A DNA stretch of 25,072 nt from a virus (taxonomy: Duplodnaviria; Caudoviricetes): positions 1 to 25,072 of the IMG/VR virus record IMGVR_UViG_3300032330_000011; one strand, written 5' to 3'. This document shows positions 19,483 to 25,072 of this stretch, piece after piece. The first letter of the stretch is position 1. Each line of letters opens with the position of its first letter. The notes below the pieces were generated by a model. That model searched no databases. It was not told the DNA's origin and saw nothing but the letters and a program-made list of their open reading frames with translations. Both the position numbers and the translations under genes were made by a program.

Positions 19483-19955
19483 ACGTCAGTCCTAAAGCCA
19501 TTGAGATGATCAAACACCATGAAGGTGTGCGACAAAACCCGTATAAATGCCCTGCAAAGTTGTGGACGGTGGGCGTGGGCCATGTAATGTTTCCCGAGCA
19601 AGGAAAGCTAAAGATTGACCAACGTGATGCGTTTACACCCCCATCAGAAGCCATGCGTAAGCACAGCATGGAGGAAGTCAATGAGATTCTTAGGGCTGAT
19701 CTTGCTAGGTTTGAGAAGGGAGTGGCAACTTATTGCCCTGTGCCTCTTACTCAAGGTCAGTTTGATGCGCTTGTCTCATTTTCATTCAATGTTGGGCTAG
19801 GCACATTACAGCGGTCAACCATGCGCCAAAAGGTGATTCGTGGCGACATGGCTGGCGCTGCTGAAGAACTTTTGAAGTATTGCATGGCGGGTGGCAAAGT
19901 CCTCAAAGGTTTACAAAACCGCAGAATTGACGAACGAGCGTTATTTCTTAGCTGA
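19479..19955 (+). CDS. Endolysin, GH24 (T4/P21-type) lysozyme
   Basis: IKHHEG..PYKCPAKLWTVGVGH catalytic region, QFDALVSFSFNVG, GLQNRR.DE..LFL. Confidence 0.93.
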   Translation: MNVSPKAIEMIKHHEGVRQNPYKCPAKLWTVGVGHVMFPEQGKLKIDQRDAFTPPSEAMRKHSMEEVNEILRADLARFEKGVATYCPVPLTQGQFDALVSFSFNVGLGTLQRSTMRQKVIRGDMAGAAEELLKYCMAGGKVLKGLQNRRIDERALFLS

Positions 19956-20114
19956 GTTTTGGTGTAGGTGCTTACCTGTTAGACGCATGATCCAACAGGA
20001 CTGACAAATCCATTTGTGACCCATGTCAATGCCTCCCTCTGGTGGTTTGGATTCGTCACATTTGTTGCACGTTTTAAATGGGTGTAGTTGGCGTGGTTCT
20101 GATATTAATGTCAT
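19941..20114 (-). CDS. Small zinc-finger protein (57 aa, not in ORF track)
   Basis: MTLISEPRQLHPFKTCNKCDESKPPEGGIDMGHKWICQSCWIMRLTGKHLHQNSAKK*; two CxxC; ATGA overlap with the upstream gene. Confidence 0.7.
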   Translation of the reverse strand: MTLISEPRQLHPFKTCNKCDESKPPEGGIDMGHKWICQSCWIMRLTGKHLHQNSAKK

Positions 20115-20569
20115 TTTATTTCTACTACTTCTTTTGCTTTGCTTCTTAATCGGTTGCGTGTCTTAACAATCATTTGTTCATAAACGCTACGGGGAACGCT
20201 AGAACGCTGAAGGTCATGGTATTCATAGACTTCTCTGATGGCATTTAATCCAACACCTGATAAGCCCATGCGTTTAGTCTTTTCATAGCGCCTAGCGGCT
20301 TCCTCAAGGGCTTCTTGAGCCTGTTGGCAATGGGGTAGGGCTTCCGCACCAATACCGTTAGACCCCATGACTTCACAAATGTTCATCATGTCGGCAAGTT
20401 CTTGCCACTCTACGATTGTCCCCATGCCCTTGGACATTGCCTCAATTGCCGCCAGTTCCCTCATTCTCAGCTTGTCCAAAACTCTGGATTCGGTTATCGC
20501 TGCGCCTAGCAAGGCGTGTCTCAATGGATCGATCAACTTCCAATGTTGGCGCTTTGTTTGTTTTCTCAT
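20111..20569 (-). CDS. Hypothetical phage protein
   Basis: Helical protein; start likely MRKQTKR at 20569 (AGGG upstream); track start 20581 is the alternative. Confidence 0.7.
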   Translation of the reverse strand: MRKQTKRQHWKLIDPLRHALLGAAITESRVLDKLRMRELAAIEAMSKGMGTIVEWQELADMMNICEVMGSNGIGAEALPHCQQAQEALEEAARRYEKTKRMGLSGVGLNAIREVYEYHDLQRSSVPRSVYEQMIVKTRNRLRSKAKEVVEIK

Positions 20570-20663
20570 TATCCCTGCCAAAAATTAAATCCCAACGCTG
20601 TGCATATTCTTCATTTGCCACATCAAATGGCCTTGGCTTGTCGCCTTTTCCTCCATCACTCAT
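20442..20663 (-). CDS. Hypothetical phage protein
   Basis: AAGGAG RBS and ATGA overlap at the start; MSDGGKG..PRPF..EEYA.RWD.IFG. Confidence 0.6.
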   Translation of the reverse strand: MSDGGKGDKPRPFDVANEEYAQRWDLIFGRDNEKTNKAPTLEVDRSIETRLARRSDNRIQSFGQAENEGTGGN

Positions 20664-21070
20664 GTGTTCTTCTCCTTGAGTTTGGCTTCAATGGCTGCAA
20701 AAACTTCATCGTCTGTTTTATGGTCTAGCCATGAACTAAACAAATGTTTGTCCTCATCCGTCAGCCCTATCCATGTGCGCTGTGGTGAATGAGGTGCGTA
20801 TTCCCAAGCAAGAACTTCTATGTTGCCACCAGCAAGACGCTTGATAATGCTTACGCTGTTGCCGTCTTTGCCCCAATCAACCCCCCATTGCACAGGCTCA
20901 TCCTTCGCTTCTAGTGCGGATTTAATGGCGGTGATGGCTTGGTCATAACCACAATTGCACTTAGGATAATTCTCTGGCTCTACAAATGTAGGCCACTGCG
21001 GACAATCATGGTGGTGGTATCCAAGGTCTTCCAACGCCTCCAATGCAAGGCGTAATGCTTCGTCTTTCAT
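20660..21070 (-). CDS. Hypothetical mosaic early protein
   Basis: Start likely 21070 (ATGA overlap); EALRLALEALE ... QRTWIGLTDE ... AIEAKLKEKNT framework typical of phage early accessory proteins. Confidence 0.7.
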   Translation of the reverse strand: MKDEALRLALEALEDLGYHHHDCPQWPTFVEPENYPKCNCGYDQAITAIKSALEAKDEPVQWGVDWGKDGNSVSIIKRLAGGNIEVLAWEYAPHSPQRTWIGLTDEDKHLFSSWLDHKTDDEVFAAIEAKLKEKNT

Positions 21071-21384
21071 TTTGCTTGCCACTCCCGTTCGTTGCGTCCT
21101 GAGTTTGATTTGACCGTGTTGCCTGTCAGTTCAATCAAACCAATCATTTTCATTTCGTTTAAGCGCCTGGCGACTTGGTTGCTATCCAACTGTGTGAAAT
21201 AAGCAATACCGTCTTTGCCAAGCGGCCCATGTGCAATGAGGCAGTCCAAAATCAACTGGTGATGCTGTGGTACTGATTCCTTAATGGATTCTGCTGCCTC
21301 AAAAGATGTGAGAGGATCATTTGCCCTAACTCTTGGGAATTCGGGCATGGCAAAAATGCGTTTAAATGTTTCTTTATAGTCCAT
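21067..21384 (-). CDS. Winged HTH DNA-binding protein
   Basis: R.NDP.TS..AA, QVARRLNEM...GLIELTG..SGRNEREW; AGGAG RBS. Confidence 0.7.
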   Translation of the reverse strand: MDYKETFKRIFAMPEFPRVRANDPLTSFEAAESIKESVPQHHQLILDCLIAHGPLGKDGIAYFTQLDSNQVARRLNEMKMIGLIELTGNTVKSNSGRNEREWQAK

Positions 21385-21401
21385 AATTTCTCCTAATAGT
21401 T

Positions 21402-21442
21402 GGGGTACTAATGTTTCGTCCGCTTAAGCGCCACTTTCCCCC
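21402..21442 (-). ncRNA. Candidate structured intergenic RNA hairpin with a loop-E/sarcin-ricin-type motif
   Basis: Minus strand GGGG-GAA-AGUG-g-CGCuuaaGCG-gacgaaa-CAUU-AGUA-CCCC. Confidence 0.45.
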
Positions 21443-21447
21443 GTTGA

Positions 21448-21684
21448 TCAAAATTCCAAATCTTCGTCCTTTGGCAAACCTTTGTATTCTTCTTTAGTTT
21501 TTGGTGTATTGAGATAACTCCATCCTGACCAACCACCCTCAACCAAAGGAATCATGTCCAATTTCATCATTGGGCCGTTCTTGGTTTCAATGACCGAGCC
21601 AATGGTTTGGTAACGTGATTTTTCTTGACCGTCTTTGTTGGTGTATTTACCTGTAACTACGGTAATTTCATAAAGTTTAGACAT
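21448..21684 (-). CDS. Small putative ssDNA-binding protein
   Basis: 78 aa; beta-rich, aromatic residues, acidic tail ending DEDLEF; follows the annealing protein and exonuclease. Confidence 0.55.
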   Translation of the reverse strand: MSKLYEITVVTGKYTNKDGQEKSRYQTIGSVIETKNGPMMKLDMIPLVEGGWSGWSYLNTPKTKEEYKGLPKDEDLEF

Positions 21685-22303
21685 TCTTGACTTTCATAAG
21701 TTTGTTAATCTTGTCATCCAATTCAGCAATGAATTTGACGATTTCTGCTTCTGCTTGTTTGATAAACACATCATCCCGTGGGACACGCTTCACAAACAAT
21801 TGAAGTTCTGCGGGTAGCCGATTGTCAAAGCTGACAAAATCGCACCATTTACGACCCGTACACGCAAGTTGGAATTGCATCTGGGTGTAATATTTTGTTG
21901 GCACAGTTTCAGACAACAGCGTGTCAATGTGCGTGGCGGTGTTGGGGCATTTGATTTCTAATAGCCCATCATCGCCCACAAGCCCGTCAGGGGACGCACC
22001 AGCCATTTGAATTGATGGGTGAGGCACAAACCCTACTTCATCAACTAAAACGTCTTTAATCGCCTCGTATGCGGCTCTGGCAAGTGGCTCTGTTTCTGTG
22101 CCGTGTTGCATTGCAGCGTTTGTGAAACCCTCTGCCTTTTGACCTGTCAAGCGTTCGCACACCAATTGAGCCATGTAGTTGTCACGACTGGCTGAGTAGC
22201 CTGACTTTGTTTTGGCAAGCACATCAGCCACACGGGATGCCGTGACCTTACCGATGCGAATGGCAAACCATTCATCTGTGCCTTGATCCATCATTTCAAT
22301 CAT
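21677..22303 (-). CDS. YqaJ/lambda-type exonuclease
   Basis: QGTDEW..R.GKVTAS, M.HG...EP.AR..YE, GASPDGLV..LLEIKCP, YYTQMQ.Q motifs. Confidence 0.92.
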   Translation of the reverse strand: MIEMMDQGTDEWFAIRIGKVTASRVADVLAKTKSGYSASRDNYMAQLVCERLTGQKAEGFTNAAMQHGTETEPLARAAYEAIKDVLVDEVGFVPHPSIQMAGASPDGLVGDDGLLEIKCPNTATHIDTLLSETVPTKYYTQMQFQLACTGRKWCDFVSFDNRLPAELQLFVKRVPRDDVFIKQAEAEIVKFIAELDDKINKLMKVKNV

Positions 22304-22854
22304 AATTTTCCCTTTGCTTTATCTTTGGCGGCAATAACTTTGATCTGCCAGGCTTTGTCACCATCACAAGCGGCATAGGCTACTTTGTAGGCAACCTTAA
22401 GTTCGTCTTGTGTTGTGGCGTTTTCAATGGCGGCAAACAGTTCTGTCATGCTGTCAGGCTCAATGGTTGACTCAGGCTCAACAAAAGAGGGCAGATCGTC
22501 ACCGTTGTAGATGTACAAGCCAAGGCCATGCAAGCTAAGTGCTTTGGTCATGCAACGCATAATGGCGGTGTTAACTTGGAAAGCGTCTGGGTTAACGATG
22601 GCTTTGTTGCGGTGATCCATCACGGGTAACTGGCAAGTCATTGGCTTATCAAACATGGTGACTGTGACCCACACCATTGCTGTTCCGTTGATGTCCATGA
22701 AGCATTTGTCGCCAAACATCTCAACCTTGAATGTGGCTTTATCGTCAGCTTTAAGTGCTTCAGCCCATGCCCAAGCCCATGACAGATAAGTCAGATTGGC
22801 TTTTTTCTCTGTGTGTTCGTTGACGTTCAACGCCAGTAAGTTTGCGATTGTCAT
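22300..22854 (-). CDS. Sak3/DUF1071-like single-strand annealing protein
   Basis: LTYLSWAWAW, LPVMDHRNKAI, VNTAIMRCMTKA..HGLGLYIY.GDDLP motifs; adjacent to the exonuclease. Confidence 0.85.
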   Translation of the reverse strand: MTIANLLALNVNEHTEKKANLTYLSWAWAWAEALKADDKATFKVEMFGDKCFMDINGTAMVWVTVTMFDKPMTCQLPVMDHRNKAIVNPDAFQVNTAIMRCMTKALSLHGLGLYIYNGDDLPSFVEPESTIEPDSMTELFAAIENATTQDELKVAYKVAYAACDGDKAWQIKVIAAKDKAKGKL

Positions 22855-23036
22855 GCTTCTTCCTTTAGATAGGCCGTGAGGCGTTTGATTCGGTCTGAGT
22901 GATAGTCAGCCATGCGCTTGGCGTATTCCTGTGCGCTAAGAGCGTCCAGTAGCTTGCGTTGGGCTTCGTTGAGTTCCTTGGCAGCCAGTTCTTTGGCTGA
23001 TGGCAAGCGGAAATAGTCTTTGAGTTGGTTAATCAT
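22851..23036 (-). CDS. Hypothetical coiled-coil protein (61 aa)
   Basis: Start reassigned to ATG 23036 (GGAG RBS, TAATG overlap with the upstream peptide ORF). Confidence 0.7.
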   Translation of the reverse strand: MINQLKDYFRLPSAKELAAKELNEAQRKLLDALSAQEYAKRMADYHSDRIKRLTAYLKEEA

Positions 23037-23128
23037 TAAGCTCTCCATGCCAGTAATACGCCCCAACCGCCAAAGATGACGATTGCCAATGTCCACTCAA
23101 TCAGGGTTTGAATAATCTTAGATTTCAT
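23036..23128 (-). CDS. 30 aa single-TM peptide (not in ORF track)
   Basis: MKSKIIQTLIEWTLAIVIFGGWGVLLAWRA*; fills the gap and overlaps both neighbours. Confidence 0.65.
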   Translation of the reverse strand: MKSKIIQTLIEWTLAIVIFGGWGVLLAWRA

Positions 23129-23390
23129 TTTGTTCTTTCAACATACGAGCGTGGTGAATCTTGACTTCAGACATGATGTGGTCTAAGTTCTCTTTGTCGA
23201 GGTCATAGGTAATGTCGTTACCTGTCTGGTCGTAGATAAACACATCGTAAATTTCCGCTGTGTTGTGGTCGTGGGGAAGATTGAATTCTGGTGGGTAGTA
23301 GTCATAGCCCACACGCACCTTGTCTAAGGTTTCACCGTCATCGTAAGTGACGTATTCATCAAAGTAATAGCGGAGTTTGTAGTCAATCAT
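23118..23390 (-). CDS. Acidic, Tyr-rich hypothetical protein; first gene of the leftward operon
   Basis: 90 aa; TAAGGA RBS. Confidence 0.7.
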   Translation of the reverse strand: MIDYKLRYYFDEYVTYDDGETLDKVRVGYDYYPPEFNLPHDHNTAEIYDVFIYDQTGNDITYDLDKENLDHIMSEVKIHHARMLKEQNEI

Positions 23391-23434
23391 TTGGTTTCCT
23401 TAAAAGACCCCGAGAAGTTCAGGGCATGGACGCT

Positions 23435-23462
23435 ATTGTATAGATTACTAAACACAAATCAA
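23435..23462 (-). promoter_or_regulatory. Leftward sigma70-like promoter
   Basis: Minus strand TTGATT-16 nt-TACAAT. Confidence 0.6.
23437..23454. promoter_or_regulatory. Operator-like palindrome O1
   Basis: TGTATAG-atta-CTAAACA; 7 bp arms with one mismatch; overlaps the leftward -10. Confidence 0.6.
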
Positions 23463-23511
23463 TAACTATTTGAAAAATATTTTTAATGTTGTTTTTTTGC
23501 AAATCTTGTTT

Positions 23512-23529
23512 TGTTTATTTTGCTATACT
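23512..23529 (+). promoter_or_regulatory. Operator-like site O2 overlapping the rightward extended -10 promoter
   Basis: TGTTTAT-tttg-CTATACT matches the O1 reverse complement at 12 of 14 arm positions; TGcTATACT at 23521-23529. Confidence 0.6.
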
Positions 23530-23534
23530 AGGAC

Positions 23535-23687
23535 ATGGACAAACAAAAGGCTATCACCTTAGCTGGCTCACAAAGTGAGCTTGCACGAATCTTGGGAATC
23601 ACCAGGGCAGCGGTGCATCATTGGAAAGTTATCCCAGAAGGCCGTTTATATCAATTGATGGTGTTGCGTCCTAATTGGTTTGTATAG
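23535..23687 (+). CDS. cro: Cro-like HTH regulator (50 aa, not in ORF track)
   Basis: MDKQKAITLAGSQSELARILGITRAAVHHWKVIPEGRLYQLMVLRPNWFV*; classic Cro-type HTH at the divergence point. Confidence 0.85.
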   Translation: MDKQKAITLAGSQSELARILGITRAAVHHWKVIPEGRLYQLMVLRPNWFV

Positions 23688-23693
23688 TAAGAT
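23664..23693 (+). promoter_or_regulatory. Putative promoter for the structured RNA / replication operon
   Basis: TTGCGT-18 nt-TAAGAT; predicted +1 near 23700, at the foot of the first hairpin. Confidence 0.45.
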
Positions 23694-23699
23694 TATGGA

Positions 23700-23812
23700 A
23701 ACACTTGGCGGTGTTAAGGTAGTAGGGTTACACATGAAGTCTGCTGGTTACTACGCCAGTCCGCCAACATCCGCAAGGGTGAGACTTCAGGTGTAGCCCT
23801 TTTTTTTGGGCT
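23700..23812 (+). ncRNA. Structured three-way-junction RNA, C4/CI antisense-like
   Basis: Closing helix 23724-33/23791-800 plus 23735-42/23782-89; hairpin GCTGGT-tactac-GCCAGT; linker CCGCCAA; GNRA hairpin CATCC-gcaa-GGGTG; U tract after the stem. Confidence 0.75.
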
Positions 23813-23816
23813 TTTT

Positions 23817-24470
23817 ATGAGAATTAAAAATTGGTCAAAGTTTCAGCACTTCAAGGACAGGCGGCCTCCTTGGGTGAAGTTGTACCGTGACATTCTTGAT
23901 GACATTGAATGGCATGAATTAGACCCACTTGCGGCAAAAGTATTGGTCATGTTATGGCTGATTGCCAGCGAGGATGAAGGACGCATTCCTGACACAAAAA
24001 CGCTTGCTTTTCGTCTTAGATTGACAGAAGTTAAAACTAAAGAAGTCGTTATCAAGCTGTCTCATTGGTTGGAACAAGATGATATCAACGTGATATCAGA
24101 AGGATATCAACTTGATCTACCAGAGACAGAGACAGAGAGAGAGACAGAGAAAGAGAAAGAGACAAAGGCAAAAGCGCCTGAAGGCGTATCACCAGAAGTT
24201 TGGGAATCTTTTGTTAAACAAAGAAAAACCAGTCGAGCAGTCATAACGCCAACAGTTATTAAATCAATTCAACGTGAAGCTGACAAAGCGGGTTGGACAC
24301 TTGAGCAAGCATTGGCTGAATGCGCAGCTAGAGGTTGGCGTGGATTTAAGGCTGATTGGGTAGCTGATAAAAATTTAAGCAAGACTGGTCAAATGAATCA
24401 AAGGGTGATTTCTGGTCTTACCCGTGGACTTATTGGAGGCGGCTTAAATGTCAAATTACTTGGAAACTGA
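23817..24470 (+). CDS. Phage replication initiator (lambda O-type organisation)
   Basis: IKNW.KFQH...RPPWVKLY N-domain, ETETERETEKEKE linker, C-domain W..F...RK....T...RGWRGFKADW; follows cro. Confidence 0.8.
   Translation: MRIKNWSKFQHFKDRRPPWVKLYRDILDDIEWHELDPLAAKVLVMLWLIASEDEGRIPDTKTLAFRLRLTEVKTKEVVIKLSHWLEQDDINVISEGYQLDLPETETERETEKEKETKAKAPEGVSPEVWESFVKQRKTSRAVITPTVIKSIQREADKAGWTLEQALAECAARGWRGFKADWVADKNLSKTGQMNQRVISGLTRGLIGGGLNVKLLGN
24081..24167 (+). repeat. Iteron-like repeats plus purine tract: candidate replication origin
   Basis: GATATCA at 24081, 24092 and 24103 (11 bp period), degenerate GATCTAC at 24114, then an AGAGAC/AGAGAA purine-rich run. Confidence 0.65.
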
Positions 24471-24843
24471 TTTTTGCACCCAAGACCAAGGTCTTGATTA
24501 CATCTTTGGTCGCATGATGGCAATTTATGGCGCACCGTTTAACCGTCATTTTGATGGCCTTGACCCTGAGTTTGTTCGCCAGGAATGGAAAGGGCAGATT
24601 GGCAGATTTCTGACATATCGCCCAAGCATGGACTTTGCGATTGCCAAACTTAATGAAGAATTTGTGCCAAGCGCCATTAAATTTAGAAATCTTTGCAACC
24701 AAGGCCCAGAAATACCTGTCAAGCCATTACCACAAATTGAACGCAAGATGACCATTCACGAAAAGATTGAAAGTGATCGTGTCAGGTCAGAGGCATTGGC
24801 GAAATTGGCAGCATTAAAAAAACAATATGGTGGGAGATCATGA
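24448..24843 (+). CDS. Hypothetical protein at the helicase-loader (P-like) position
   Basis: 131 aa; GGAGG RBS; F.PSAIKF.NLC resembles loader/inhibitor-type motifs; mostly synteny. Confidence 0.55.
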   Translation: MSNYLETDFCTQDQGLDYIFGRMMAIYGAPFNRHFDGLDPEFVRQEWKGQIGRFLTYRPSMDFAIAKLNEEFVPSAIKFRNLCNQGPEIPVKPLPQIERKMTIHEKIESDRVRSEALAKLAALKKQYGGRS

Positions 24844-25072
24844 ATGAGTTGGCTCTTTTCGCAGGCGCTGGTGGAGGAATACTTGGCGGGAAACTTCTCG
24901 GATGGCGAACAGTCTGTGCCGTTGAATGGGAACAATACCCAGCAAGCGTACTGTGCGCCAGACAAAATGACGGGCTTCTCCCGCCTTTCCCGATTTGGGA
25001 TGACGTACAAACCTTTGACGGAAAACCGTGGCGAGGAATTGTTGACGTTGTATCGGGAGGCTTTCCTTGCCA
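24840..25072 (+). CDS. DNA (cytosine-5)-methyltransferase, 3' truncated (not in ORF track)
   Basis: MNELALFAGAGG (motif I)...VCAVEW...IWDDV...VDVVSGGFPC (motif IV catalytic PC); ATGA overlap, GGAG RBS. Confidence 0.93.
   Translation, partial: MNELALFAGAGGGILGGKLLGWRTVCAVEWEQYPASVLCARQNDGLLPPFPIWDDVQTFDGKPWRGIVDVVSGGFPC

Noticed and set aside
21410-21425. GGACGAAAC on the minus strand resembling a hammerhead ribozyme core
   Set aside because: No CUGANGA element or matching stems upstream.
23406-23425. Leader hairpin GCCCTGA-acttc-TCGGGGT on the minus strand resembling lambda boxB
   Set aside because: The loop is not the purine-rich boxB type, and no boxA or N-like gene is visible; at most a generic 5' hairpin.
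23473-23484. Palindrome AAAAATATTTTT
   Set aside because: Single copy, low complexity, in an AT-rich promoter spacer; easily chance or an UP element.
23724-23800. tRNA
   Set aside because: Only two internal hairpins, an 18 bp closing stem, no TTC T-loop and no anticodon-arm geometry.
24883-24889. TTGGCGG in the methyltransferase gene as another RNA target
   Set aside because: No GTAGTA-like second half follows, and the 7-mer occurs several times elsewhere by chance.
1-25072. CRISPR array or alternative genetic code
   Set aside because: No regularly spaced repeat-spacer pattern; genes are intact under code 11 and end in TAA, TAG and TGA.

Overview
The window is a 25 kb piece of a tailed dsDNA phage genome with P22-like (podovirus) virion genes. 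A freshwater betaproteobacterial host is plausible but is inference only. The + strand 1-19955 is the late region: end of the coat protein, three small structural genes, fibre genes, P22 gp4-like and gp10-like head-tail proteins, three ejection proteins, a miniature tailspike-position protein and a lysis cluster with a GH24 lysozyme. Three free-standing homing endonucleases (two HNH, one GIY-YIG) sit between these genes. The - strand 19941-23390 is an early operon (Sak3-like annealing protein, YqaJ/lambda-type exonuclease, small proteins). The + strand 23535-end carries a Cro-like gene, a replication initiator with internal iterons, a putative loader and a truncated C5 methyltransferase. No cI or integrase is visible here. 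The most notable signal is the control region: two matched operator-like palindromes over divergent -10 boxes, a lone Cro, and a ~110 nt three-way-junction RNA in front of the initiator. Its two unpaired segments are complementary to an upstream bipartite site (C4/CI antisense-like), with a possible second target in the opposite early operon. All calls are by eye; no searches were run.
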